A DNA stretch of 64,000 nt, taken from positions 704,001-768,000 of the forward strand of contig CAWCKJ010000004.1 of the NCBI GenBank assembly GCA_963796105.1. Reading direction: 5' to 3'. Shown here one piece after another: positions 49,698-59,596 of the stretch. Under the pieces are notes generated by a model. It was given only the letters and a program-made list of their open reading frames with translations. It ran no database searches and was not told where the DNA came from. The position numbers and the translations under genes were made by a program. The stretch is from a candidate division FCPU426 bacterium. GTDB lineage: Bacteria; Oederibacteriota; Muellerivitia; Muellerivitales; Muellerivitaceae. Within the stretch, counting starts at the first letter, position 1; the number at the start of each line of letters is the position of its first letter.

Positions 49698-51863
49698 TTG
49701 ATCAAACCTTTCAACTGCTTTCTGCTTCTCACGGGCCTGAACGCCCTGCTGGCCTATTCCCCCTTGGCCTGGCCCCTCAAGCTCGCCATCGGTGTCTTGG
49801 GATTCGGGACCCTGGGATGGTTTTATTTTAAAAACCGCGTCCCCGCTCCCATGGGCGGAAATCCCCTTGACGCCCAGGATATTTTCAATCCCGCGTCTTG
49901 GATAACGGCCTTAGTGCTGTTGCTGGCCCTGGTCGTCCGCCTCTACAAACTCACTTCCACCCTGGGCTTTCCCATCCCGGATGAGGTCATCAACGCCTAC
50001 AACGCCGTCCATACCAACATCCGGGGGAATTGGGACTTTTTTTACTACACCAGCCAAATGCCCCCTTTCTATATCTGGCTTTTGGCTTGCGTCTTCAAGC
50101 TCGGCGGAGTCTCCAGCCTCAACCTCTGGCTTGTGCCGGCCTTGTTGTCCTTCCTCAGCGTGGTTTTTTATGACTTGGCCTTCCGGGAATTTTTTCCCCG
50201 TTCCTTCTCTTTTGTTTGCCTCCTCCTGTTGGCCGTTGGATTCTGGCCGGTTTTCCTGGGGCGGTTTTCCCATAACGCGGTCCTCATGGTTTTCTGGGAA
50301 TCCCTGGCCCTATGGCTTCTCGCCAAATTCTCCAAAGCCAATCATTCACGGAGCCTGGCAGGTCTCGCGACCGGCTTGGGCCTTTGGGGCGGTTTGGGTT
50401 TCTACACTTATTTCGGGTGGGTCCTGGTGGTTTTATGGCTCATTCCGGCCTTCTGGGTCCTATGCGCGCGCCTGGGAAAAAGGGGGATAAGAATTTTTGC
50501 CCTGGGCCTGGCCGCCGCCCTTTTCTCAATCCTGCCCCTGGCCGCCGCGGCTTGGAAGGATGGTTTCGGCGACTATCTCAAGGACCTTTTCCTCACCGGC
50601 CGGCTGGCCGAGAACACCCTGCAATGGAACATCCGCGAGAATCTTTATTACCTCACCAGCCTCCTTTGGACCGGCTCCACCACCCAATTCGCCTATAACC
50701 CGCAGTGGGGCGGCTTCCTGAATCCCATCCTGGGAAGCCTTTTTCTCCTGGGTCTGGCCGGGATGTTCCGCTCCCGCTCCCTCCCTTGGGTGAAATGGCT
50801 GGCCTGGGGCTTCGCCGTTCTCCTGATCCCCTGCCTCTTCACCCACAGCGCCAACTGGTACCACCTCGCCGCCTTGATGCCCCTTTTTATCGGCGTGACC
50901 GCCTGGGGCTTCGCCTCCCTCTGGCCTTCCCTACCCGGGGGTTCGGCCCGGCTCCCCCTGGTCCTGGGACTTTTTCTTCTTTCCTTCCTCTTGGATGGAG
51001 CCAACCTGGAAAAAAGCATGGGGGCCGCTGAAAACGAGTATTGCGCCTCAAATTCCACCGTGACGGTCTGCAAGAACTTGGAAGATCTCAGCCGGACGAA
51101 CGGTCCCGGCTTGGTTTACTCCGACTTTTGCCTGGACTTCAACAATTCAGTAATCACTTTTGTTGCCGATTCCTCGGGCCAGATCAATTCCGCTCTTTTC
51201 ACAAGCCACTGGTTTCCCTGCTACACGGCCCTCGGGACCTATTCCTTCAACGCCCGCTTGAACCAGGGCCTCGATCCCTCCCGGGCAACCTGGGCCGCCC
51301 TGACAACCGACCAATGGGCCCAGCCCCTTTTATCGCATTGGTTTTCCCACGCGGAATTCTACACAAGGGAGATCCACACCCCCTCGGACAACAGCCTGCT
51401 GGCTCTCATCCCCCTCACGCCCGAGAACCGGAAAATCCTGGACAGCTGGGGGGACGCGGACCAGGCCTTGCGGGATTCGGATTACCTCCAGTTCAACCAT
51501 CCCTACCTCCAGCCTTACGACTCTATCATCGCCTTTCTCAAGGGCAAGGAAACCCTGTTCCAGGACAACCCTTTCCTGCGGTTTTACTATTGGGGCAAGC
51601 TCGCGGATCTTTACTACATGAACAAGCAGTACGACCTGGCCATCCCGGCTTTCCAAAAAGCCTTCCAGAACGGGGAGAACGGCTTTTTGTTTTACGACTT
51701 GTCCCGGGTCCTCGGCATCGGCAAGCGCTACGCCGATTCGAAACAGGCGATTCTCCGCGCGGCTAAATGGGACTCCTACTTCCAGCCCTCGGACGATGTC
51801 CTTCGGATGCTGGACGCCCTTGCGGCTAAAAACCCTCCTCCCCCCTCCGGGGCGGGAAAATAA
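49698..51863 (+). CDS. GT39/PMT-like glycosyltransferase with C-terminal TPR (paralog)
   Basis: RLYKL...FPIPDE, MPPFYIW, WGGFLNPILG, TPR-like tail. Confidence 0.75.
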   Translation: MIKPFNCFLLLTGLNALLAYSPLAWPLKLAIGVLGFGTLGWFYFKNRVPAPMGGNPLDAQDIFNPASWITALVLLLALVVRLYKLTSTLGFPIPDEVINAYNAVHTNIRGNWDFFYYTSQMPPFYIWLLACVFKLGGVSSLNLWLVPALLSFLSVVFYDLAFREFFPRSFSFVCLLLLAVGFWPVFLGRFSHNAVLMVFWESLALWLLAKFSKANHSRSLAGLATGLGLWGGLGFYTYFGWVLVVLWLIPAFWVLCARLGKRGIRIFALGLAAALFSILPLAAAAWKDGFGDYLKDLFLTGRLAENTLQWNIRENLYYLTSLLWTGSTTQFAYNPQWGGFLNPILGSLFLLGLAGMFRSRSLPWVKWLAWGFAVLLIPCLFTHSANWYHLAALMPLFIGVTAWGFASLWPSLPGGSARLPLVLGLFLLSFLLDGANLEKSMGAAENEYCASNSTVTVCKNLEDLSRTNGPGLVYSDFCLDFNNSVITFVADSSGQINSALFTSHWFPCYTALGTYSFNARLNQGLDPSRATWAALTTDQWAQPLLSHWFSHAEFYTREIHTPSDNSLLALIPLTPENRKILDSWGDADQALRDSDYLQFNHPYLQPYDSIIAFLKGKETLFQDNPFLRFYYWGKLADLYYMNKQYDLAIPAFQKAFQNGENGFLFYDLSRVLGIGKRYADSKQAILRAAKWDSYFQPSDDVLRMLDALAAKNPPPPSGAGK

Positions 51864-51916
51864 TTTTCCACTTGGAACCAGTTGGTATCTCCCTCCCCTT
51901 TGGATAAGATGGCCGC

Positions 51917-52477
51917 ATGAGCCATCCACCCCAAAATCCCTCCAATGAGGAGGAACTCCGCAATCTCGCTGAGAACGGCGCTGAATTGCTCGACAGCCTC
52001 GACGAAAAGGGGCGGGTGATCGGAGTCGTCCGGCGCTCGGACGCCCACGGCAACCCGGCCTTGCGCCACCCCTCGGTTCATGTATTCGTCATCAACGCCG
52101 CGGGGGAATACTTCCTCCAGAAGCGCTCGGAGTACAAGAAGGTCCAGCCTGGCAAGTGGGATACCTCGGTGGGGGGCCATATTCCGGCGGGGGAAACCTA
52201 CGAGCAGGGGGCGCTTCGGGAATTGGAGGAGGAACTCGGCGTCGTACTTTCCGATCCTGCCCGCCTCGAGTTTCACCATGATTTAATCTGGCAAAGCGAC
52301 TTCGAGACCGAGCACACCCGCACCTTCATCCTGCGCTACGACGGGCCTTTTAAGGTCAACCCAGTCGAGGTCTCGGATGGAAAGTTTTGGCCGGAAGAGG
52401 AGCTTCGGGAGGCTTGCGGGAAAGGGGTCTTGACTCCCAACCTGGAGCTGGAGCTCAAGAATCTGGGGATTGTTTAA
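51917..52477 (+). CDS. NUDIX hydrolase (Idi/YfcD-like)
   Basis: LQKRS..K...PGKWD.SVGGH..AGETYEQGALRELEEELG Nudix box. Confidence 0.92.
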   Translation: MSHPPQNPSNEEELRNLAENGAELLDSLDEKGRVIGVVRRSDAHGNPALRHPSVHVFVINAAGEYFLQKRSEYKKVQPGKWDTSVGGHIPAGETYEQGALRELEEELGVVLSDPARLEFHHDLIWQSDFETEHTRTFILRYDGPFKVNPVEVSDGKFWPEEELREACGKGVLTPNLELELKNLGIV

Positions 52478-52492
52478 CACCCCTTGAAGGGA

Positions 52493-52765
52493 TCAAGGAC
52501 AATTCTCGATTAAAAATCCCTCGATTCTTTCGGCGATATAAGCGAGTTCATTGGCGTTCAACTCGCGGTTCAATTTCAGGATCGCGTCCCCCGTACTGCA
52601 ATCAAAAAGAAGGTCCCTATAAAAAGAATATTCGGATAGTTCTTCCCCATGGGGGCCGGTCTCGGCCGGGAATGGCGGGGGGCTCTGGACCGTCATGAGC
52701 ATTTCTTTGCAAAGGTAGCGGTTGAGAAAAACGGATATTTGGATGTAATCGTCAAACGCGCTCAT
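52493..52765 (-). CDS. Hypothetical protein
   Basis: 90-aa ORF with G-rich RBS in an otherwise empty interval. Confidence 0.55.
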   Translation of the reverse strand: MSAFDDYIQISVFLNRYLCKEMLMTVQSPPPFPAETGPHGEELSEYSFYRDLLFDCSTGDAILKLNRELNANELAYIAERIEGFLIENCP

Positions 52766-53049
52766 TCACCCCCCCTTCAAATATTGATTAGAAGGCTGTA
52801 AAAAAAACAATATTTAGCCAATAAAACATCCTTCTATCTGAATAGTGTCATTGGGGTGGGTTTTATTCCGAACAAAATAGACAACAATAATAAATGGCGC
52901 TTTTTGGGGCAAACGCCGTCATGGTCTTAACTTGCGGATGAAAAATGATGGTTTTTACGGCAGGTTATAGGCAGGTTGGTTTGGACGCTGAAAGGCCCGT
53001 TCGGGAAATGGTAAAGCCTTCCCCGATAAAAACGGCGTGGGTTGCGGGA

Positions 53050-54519
53050 TTACGCCTTGGAAGCGACGCTATTCATGAGGGAAAGCGGGTCTTCCGCCTG
53101 AATGACCCCCAGCAGGTATTGGATGACGTTGGCGGCGCTGTAGGAGGTTCTTCCGTTCTTGAGGATGGAAAGGATGCGGGGCAGGTCGTCGCCCGAGGTC
53201 ACGAGGGGTTTTTCCTCGTAGCCGCTTTTTTGGTTTTGCTCCAGCCCGATATTGGCCATCAGGCCGTTGCAGAGGCACTTTCGGCCGGCCATCTCCTCCG
53301 GGTCCCCTTCCTTTTGCAGGAACTGCTCTTTCGGCTCGCTGGCGCAACGGTATCCCACGTTGCCGTCTTTGCGCTTGTAGGCCGATCGAAGGTAACCCAG
53401 GTCGCAGATCCTGGGGCGCTTCTCGTATTCCGCCTTTTCGGATAAGGTTCCTTCCAGCTCGGCGACCTTGAAGGGGAAGCCGGTGGGCGAGGCCAGGCGG
53501 TCGGTAAAGACCCCCGACAGGCCCTTGATTGTTTTTTGGATGATCTTTTCCTTGATCCAGCCGGCCAGGCCCGATTCCTCGCAATAGGCGAAAACCGTGC
53601 CGACCTGGATGCCCGCCGCGCCTTGGGCGAGCGCGCCTTCCAGTTTGCTGGGTTCCGCGTAGGAGCCGGCCAGCCAGAAGGGAAGCCCGATTTCCTTCAT
53701 CCGGGCCGAGTCCACCTCGTCCTTGGCGCCGTAAATAGGCTCTCCCTTGTCGTTCAATTGAAGCTGTCCCCTGGGCGGGGCGTTATGGCCCCCGGCCGTG
53801 GGCCCTTCCACGATGAATCCGTCCACGTGGCCGGTGGATTTCTTGGCCAGGGTTTGCGCCAACACCACCGACGCGACGATAGCCAGGAATTTGGGCCTCT
53901 TTAAGGGGGGCAGTTTGACGCCCAAAGTCTCGGAGGGCTTCAAGTCCATCAGGAACGCGTCCGCGCTCTCGGCCCCCTGCACGTTGATCTTATGGATCAC
54001 GTCCTGGTGGAGGACCAGTTGGTCGATGATTCCGGGAATCGCGCGGGGAATGCCGGCTCCCATGAGGATGTAGTCCACGCCCGCCAAAAGGGCCCCGTAA
54101 AGGCAGGTCAAGGTCGGCATCTGGATTTTTTCCAGGAAGTTGATGCCTACCAGGCCGTTATGCCCTTCCTTGGCGAGGTAAACCTCCGTGAAATTCGCGG
54201 CGATGTTGAGTTCCAATACTTCCCGGGAGGGCTTCAGGGTGAAGACGGGTATGTTCCGATAGGAGGACTTCGGCGCCTTGCCGCCCGCTATGTAGTAGCG
54301 CTCCAGGATCCTTTTCGATATTTCCTGGTCCGGGAAATGCGCCAGGGCGCGGCGCATGGCGCCGTCCTTGTCGCCCGACTGCAACCGGCGGGCCAGGATG
54401 CTGTCCAAAGCCGTGCCGGAAACGACGCCCAACTGCCCCTCGAGTGAGACGGCCCGGGCGAGTTTCCAGTTGGAAACCCCGGCCCCCATGCCGCCCTGAA
54501 TGATGACTGGTTCGCTCAT
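53050..54519 (-). CDS. Nitronate monooxygenase / 2-nitropropane dioxygenase-like flavoprotein
   Basis: IIQGGMG, VEGPTAGGH, GAAGIQVGT, SPTGFPF. Confidence 0.88.
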   Translation of the reverse strand: MSEPVIIQGGMGAGVSNWKLARAVSLEGQLGVVSGTALDSILARRLQSGDKDGAMRRALAHFPDQEISKRILERYYIAGGKAPKSSYRNIPVFTLKPSREVLELNIAANFTEVYLAKEGHNGLVGINFLEKIQMPTLTCLYGALLAGVDYILMGAGIPRAIPGIIDQLVLHQDVIHKINVQGAESADAFLMDLKPSETLGVKLPPLKRPKFLAIVASVVLAQTLAKKSTGHVDGFIVEGPTAGGHNAPPRGQLQLNDKGEPIYGAKDEVDSARMKEIGLPFWLAGSYAEPSKLEGALAQGAAGIQVGTVFAYCEESGLAGWIKEKIIQKTIKGLSGVFTDRLASPTGFPFKVAELEGTLSEKAEYEKRPRICDLGYLRSAYKRKDGNVGYRCASEPKEQFLQKEGDPEEMAGRKCLCNGLMANIGLEQNQKSGYEEKPLVTSGDDLPRILSILKNGRTSYSAANVIQYLLGVIQAEDPLSLMNSVASKA

Positions 54520-54802
54520 GACAACCCCTTTAAAAGTAAATTCGCCGGATAGCCGCGGCGACAAAGCTAGATAAAACCGTGTGATTGGACATTGAAGTCT
54601 TAATTAAGAACAAAACCGGAAACCCGGCTGACTTGGCTTATTTTGTTAGGCCGTGAAAACCATATGACGGCGTGTGTTAGGCGGGACTCAAACCGACGTT
54701 GGTTCAAACGTTTATTTTGAAAGGATTCTCCCTCTGTTTTAGCTCAATCCAACTAAGAGTTTACCATGATGGCAATTGGATAGGGGGAATTTGTTCATCA
54801 AG

Positions 54803-54994
54803 GGCCCTGTTCCAACTGATCTTAAAGACCGAGGGCATCGCCCCTTCCCTTAGGTGGGGGGTTCCGCGAAGTCCACCCGCATACCTTGTAGGCGCAAGAG
54901 GCGGTTGTCATATTGCTCTTCAGGGTTGGCCGCCCAAGGCCGCTAGGCCATAGATCGAGGCTTCAAGCCACGGTGAAATTGCTGACTCAGAGCC
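54803..54994 (-). ncRNA. Probable 6S (SsrS)-like RNA
   Basis: ~190-nt rod with terminal pairing GGCUCUG/CAGGGCC, UCAGC/GUUGG, ACCGUGGC/GCCCUCGGU, GCCUC/GGGGC; central bubble with CCCACCU; G-U pairs favour the minus strand. Confidence 0.5.
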
Positions 54995-55092
54995 GATGCT
55001 TGCCATCCCCCATGACCCGCGACTATTGGATCGGATGATCCCGCAATCCTCCATCCACTAAAACCAAAAGGTTATTTTATCTTTCCCCCGAA

Positions 55093-56709
55093 ATGGATTC
55101 GGTTAAAATCCACTTCATGGTTTCCATCCCGACATCCGCCGGTGAAGATTCTCCCGGCACCTTCAATCCCGGCTGGAAAAAAATATTTTTTCTTTTTCTT
55201 TTTTCCCTCGGTCTTTCCATTTTTCTGTTCCTTCTCCAGGGCCGGATCAACATTCCCAATGCCGACGAGGGCTACCTCTGGTACGGCAGTTTGCGCGTCC
55301 TTCACGGGGAAATTCCCATCAGGGATTTCCAGGCCTACGACCCCGGCCGGTACTATTTAACGGCCTTGTTCCTGCTGATGGGCGGGGAAGGCATTATGCC
55401 CTTTCGGTTCGCGCTGGCGCTTTTCCAGGGAGCCGGAATATTCTTCGGCCTCCTGGCCGCGCGCAAAGTAGCCGCGAATTGGATCGATTTGGCCGTCTTT
55501 GGCGCAGTTCTTTCCCTTTGGTCCGTCCAGCGCTACCGTGTTTTCGAATATAGCTGGATCATCCTGACTCTTTACTTGGTTTTCCGGCTCCTTGAAAATC
55601 CCTCTTTTAAAAGACTTTTCCTATCGGGAATTTTCATTGGTTTCAGCGGTTTCATGGGACGCAACCTCGGTTTATACGCGTTTCTTTCTTTTTTCCTGGT
55701 CCTTCTTTACCTGCGGCATCAGCGGCGGATCGCGCCTTTCTTCCGCGCGGGGCTCTGGTGGATCGCCGGTATTCCCCTGGGATTCAGCCCCATGATCCTC
55801 ATGTGGGTCCTCATTCCCTCTTTTTTCCGGGAATCCCTCCACGCTTTCGATGGCTACCTTTCCAGCGCTTCTATCCCCATCCCTTGGCCCTGGGAAACTC
55901 TTTATTCAGGGATGTCCCCTGATCTTTACCTGGCTTATCGGATTTCCGGAATTCTTTTTATCATCGTCCCGGTTTTATACCTCTATTCCATCCTCCGGGC
56001 CTGGAAAAACGGGACCCAAGAGGGTTCCCGGGGGAATTTACTTTTGGCGTCGGCCAGCGTCGGGTTCTTTTCCATGCAATACGCCTTTTTCAGGGCGGAT
56101 TGGGAGCACCAGGCCGCGAGCTTCACCCCTTTTTTATTTTGCGTCCTCTCCCTTTTTATTCCTTCCCAAAACAGCCGTAAAACGGCTCTGGCCCTTTTGG
56201 GGCTGTCCCTGCTTTCCGTCGGGGAGCAATGCTACCTATTCGACTTGATCCAACAGCCTGGGGATTCCTATGCCCCCTACCTGGCCGGAGGCTCTCTCCT
56301 GAAAGTGCAAGCCCGGAAGATCCGTTTCATGCGGTCCGTCGGGAAAACGGTGGAGGATAACCTGGGGCCGGACGATTATTTCCTCGCCGCGCCGATGCTC
56401 TGCAACCTTTATCCCTTATTAAGGCGGAGGTCCGCCACCCGGGAGCTGTTCTTCCTCTTGCCCGCGTCGGAGAAAACACAATTGGAGGAAATCAGGGACC
56501 TGGAGGACAAGAAAGTGAACTGGGTATTTATCGGCGATGTCAGTAATGTCGGGCAGGACCGTTACAAGCTTCATAACACCCATCCGCTCCTCTGGAAATA
56601 TTTCATGGACCATTTCCAGCCCATGGCGAAAGGCGACCTGACTATGGGTTTCTGTTTTTTTAAACGAACGAGCTACGAGTCGGGCGGAAAAGCGGTATTG
56701 ACCCATTAA
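55093..56709 (+). CDS. Polytopic membrane protein, GT-C-like
   Basis: ADEGYLWYG...GEIPIRDF..Y.PGRYY first loop; ~10 TMs; soluble C-terminal domain. Confidence 0.65.
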   Translation: MDSVKIHFMVSIPTSAGEDSPGTFNPGWKKIFFLFLFSLGLSIFLFLLQGRINIPNADEGYLWYGSLRVLHGEIPIRDFQAYDPGRYYLTALFLLMGGEGIMPFRFALALFQGAGIFFGLLAARKVAANWIDLAVFGAVLSLWSVQRYRVFEYSWIILTLYLVFRLLENPSFKRLFLSGIFIGFSGFMGRNLGLYAFLSFFLVLLYLRHQRRIAPFFRAGLWWIAGIPLGFSPMILMWVLIPSFFRESLHAFDGYLSSASIPIPWPWETLYSGMSPDLYLAYRISGILFIIVPVLYLYSILRAWKNGTQEGSRGNLLLASASVGFFSMQYAFFRADWEHQAASFTPFLFCVLSLFIPSQNSRKTALALLGLSLLSVGEQCYLFDLIQQPGDSYAPYLAGGSLLKVQARKIRFMRSVGKTVEDNLGPDDYFLAAPMLCNLYPLLRRRSATRELFFLLPASEKTQLEEIRDLEDKKVNWVFIGDVSNVGQDRYKLHNTHPLLWKYFMDHFQPMAKGDLTMGFCFFKRTSYESGGKAVLTH

Positions 56710-56723
56710 ACCCGCTTCTCAAT

Positions 56724-57188
56724 TCAGAGGCTCACTTCCTTTTGAATCGTCCCCTTCCCGTGGCAGGTGGGGCATTCTTTCTGGCCGCGGCACACGGGGC
56801 ATACGGCCTTCCCCGTCCCAAGGCAAACGGGACAAAGGCCCATGTCCGTCCATTGGCCGTTGACGAGCTGGATGACGTGGCCCACATGGGCCTGGCTGTA
56901 CGCGGCCCAGCCGCCGTTGGGAGCGTCGAATTTGTGCCAGACATCCGTGTCCGGGTGCCCGTCCACGTGCATGTGGACCCAATCCCCCCTGGTGAGCTGG
57001 AGGCAGTCGGGGTTCGGGCAGGGGATGACCCCGTGGACGCAGCCGGGAGCGCCGCAGGAAGCCTTTCCCGTGCCCCCGCAATCCGGGCACTTCACGGTCA
57101 CGGTCTCCGTTTGAAACGCCTGATAACCCCAATAACCCAGCCCAACCAATACGAGGGATAAGATCAGGAAAAAAACGCTGTTTTTCAT
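56724..57188 (-). CDS. Membrane-anchored DnaJ-type zinc-finger protein
   Basis: N-terminal TM; repeated CxxCxGxG-type motifs; no J-domain HPD helix bundle recognisable. Confidence 0.75.
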   Translation of the reverse strand: MKNSVFFLILSLVLVGLGYWGYQAFQTETVTVKCPDCGGTGKASCGAPGCVHGVIPCPNPDCLQLTRGDWVHMHVDGHPDTDVWHKFDAPNGGWAAYSQAHVGHVIQLVNGQWTDMGLCPVCLGTGKAVCPVCRGQKECPTCHGKGTIQKEVSL

Positions 57189-57366
57189 AATGCTTATTTT
57201 CCTTTGGAAGATAAATTAATTCCACTTGAGTTTTGGTATTTTCGATCCTGGTTCGATTGCGTGATTCGAAAATCCACCGTCTTTCTTCATTTTACGTTGT
57301 TCGTTTTGATAAAATGCTGACCAATTTTAAATAAATCATCTTTTTCAAACATGGAACAGGGTTTAA

Positions 57367-58053
57367 ATGTTGAAAAATCTTTTCACAATTTTCTTTCGGC
57401 GGAAGTCCGCAAGAGACGGCGTTGTCCCCCTCCTCCTTTTGGCCGTTTGGACATCCCCGGCTTTTCCGGACGCTCTTACGCCCTCGCCCGCCGCGATTCC
57501 CGTCATGACTGTTTCAGCCGGATTAACCCCCGTCGCCCGGCAGCAGATCCACGGGCGTTTGCCGAAGGACTTGAATAAGGCCCAATTCGTCAGGGATGTC
57601 CCGGAGTCCGAGACATTGAAAATATCCATTGAGCTTTCACTGAGGAATCAAAAGGCCCTGGAGGCATATATGGATGATGTGGAAAATTCCACCCGCGTTA
57701 ATCCCCGCCCAACCTTGACGGACGCTCAATTCAACGGCGTATTCATGCCGACCGAAAGCGATTACCAGGCCCTCATCGATTTCGTGAAAGAAGAGGGCTT
57801 GACGGTCACGAATACTTCTCCCGACCGAATCGTCTTGTTTCTAAGCGGGACCGTCAAGGACATTGAGAGGGTTTTTCAAGTGCGCCTCGGCTATTACCGG
57901 GGGCCGGCCGGCCCTGAATTCCGCTCCCCCGATCACGAGCCCTCAATAGGGATTAATGTCCCCATAACGAGCGTGATTGGGCTTACCGACCAAAGCCCGG
58001 CCCAACCTGTCCCGAGCCCGACAGCCGGTATTTCAACACCCATAGCGCATTAA
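57367..58053 (+). CDS. Stand-alone peptidase S53 (sedolisin) pro-domain protein
   Basis: LSLRNQKALE..., LTDAQF...F.PT, GLTV, SGTVKDIERVF, ITSVIGL; ends with no catalytic domain. Confidence 0.75.
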   Translation: MLKNLFTIFFRRKSARDGVVPLLLLAVWTSPAFPDALTPSPAAIPVMTVSAGLTPVARQQIHGRLPKDLNKAQFVRDVPESETLKISIELSLRNQKALEAYMDDVENSTRVNPRPTLTDAQFNGVFMPTESDYQALIDFVKEEGLTVTNTSPDRIVLFLSGTVKDIERVFQVRLGYYRGPAGPEFRSPDHEPSIGINVPITSVIGLTDQSPAQPVPSPTAGISTPIAH

Positions 58054-58173
58054 TACCAATGGACAAATTCGGCATAGGGTCCAGGGGCTTCCCGGAAGAA
58101 ACGGGAGGGCGTATGCGGGTTAGAATAAATTCTAATTCGGCAAAAGAATATTAACGGATTGCTGAAAAAGCCA

Positions 58174-59487
58174 CTATTCGAACATTAAATTGAGTTCGGA
58201 GGAGGGCTTGCCCAGCTCGGGGATCTTGAGGTCCCCCTGAAGCTTGCCCTTCAACCAGAAGGTTTTCATTCCCCCTTTTCCCTTCACTTGGATCTCCCCC
58301 CGGGGCTCGAAGTCGTAGTAGCTTTTCAACCTCGAGTGGACGGCCTCGCTGACCTGGATTTTGCCCGGCAGGCCTAGGGATTCCATGCGGTTGGCCGTGT
58401 TCACGGTGTCCCCCCAAAGGTCGTAGGTGAACTTCTTCTGGCCGATCACCCCTGCCACGACGGGCCCGCAATGGATCCCCACGCGCAGCCCCAGTTCCGG
58501 GTGGCTCCCGGCCCCTTCCTTAAAGACCCTCGTCATGGCCAGCGCCATGTCGGCCATCTCCTCCAGGTGGCCGGACGAGGGCCTGGAGACGTTCCCCACC
58601 CCCATGTAGCCGTCCCCGATGGTCTTGATCTTTTCAATCCCGAACTCATCGGCCAGCATGTCGAAAAGGCTGAAGATGTTGTTGAGGAAATCCACCACCT
58701 CCTGGGGCTTGAGTTCCGAGGACAACCGGGTGAAACCCGAGATGTCGGCGAACAGGACGCTGGCGTCGGGGAAGGACTCGGAAAGGGTCTCCGGCTTCAG
58801 TTTCAGCCGGGTGGCGATCCGGGAGGGGAAAATGTTCATCAGCAGGCGCTCGGCCCTCCAGCTTTCCTTCAGCAGGTACTTGTGGGTTTCCCTCAATTCG
58901 CCTCGCAGCTTGTTCTGGATCCCCAGCACGTGCTTGACGCGCAGGAAAATGTACAGGGAGACGCCCAGCAGGTTGAAAACCAAAAACCACCGGGCCACCC
59001 CGGGGGGCAGTTGGGGGGTGCGCCCCTGGAGGTGGATTTCCAGGGCCATGCACAGGATTTCCAGGGCCCCGAGCGCGGCGAACCATAACCAGGTCCAGGG
59101 CATTCCCAGGATGACCACCGACATGGGGACCACGACGGCCCAGAGCCCGATGCCGCCGGAATAAAAGAAGCCCCCCAGGAGCACCTGCAGGACGAAGGGG
59201 ACGGTGAAGCAGATGAACACGTTGACGTACATCAGCACGGGAAAGGTTTCCGGGCGGACGGCGAAAGTCCAGGCCAGCGCGATGTCCACGGTGAAAAAGG
59301 CCCAGGCGATGAGGGAAAGGCCCTTGTAGCCCAGACCCACCAGGATGGCGCCGGTCAAGGCCGAGACCAGGAAGCTGGTGAACAAGCCGGCCTTGAAATA
59401 TTTCTGGTGAAGCGCCAGCTCGGAGGTCTCGTTCCCGGGCAGTTGGCGGGCGTCCCCGCCTTCGGGAATCGGGGATACGGTGTCCAT
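58174..59487 (-). CDS. Membrane class III adenylate/guanylate cyclase
   Basis: ~6 TMs; VLFADISGFT, KIKTIGDGYM, YDLWGDTVNTANRMES. Confidence 0.95.
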   Translation of the reverse strand: MDTVSPIPEGGDARQLPGNETSELALHQKYFKAGLFTSFLVSALTGAILVGLGYKGLSLIAWAFFTVDIALAWTFAVRPETFPVLMYVNVFICFTVPFVLQVLLGGFFYSGGIGLWAVVVPMSVVILGMPWTWLWFAALGALEILCMALEIHLQGRTPQLPPGVARWFLVFNLLGVSLYIFLRVKHVLGIQNKLRGELRETHKYLLKESWRAERLLMNIFPSRIATRLKLKPETLSESFPDASVLFADISGFTRLSSELKPQEVVDFLNNIFSLFDMLADEFGIEKIKTIGDGYMGVGNVSRPSSGHLEEMADMALAMTRVFKEGAGSHPELGLRVGIHCGPVVAGVIGQKKFTYDLWGDTVNTANRMESLGLPGKIQVSEAVHSRLKSYYDFEPRGEIQVKGKGGMKTFWLKGKLQGDLKIPELGKPSSELNLMFE

Positions 59488-59596
59488 GGGTGTCGTCCTC
59501 CGGAAGAAATGTGGCCGCTTCGGGCGCGGGGGTTGTGGAATTATGAGCGCCGCCCCCGGGTTCCCGCGCCGGTACCCGCCGGGGCCGGCGGCCTTT

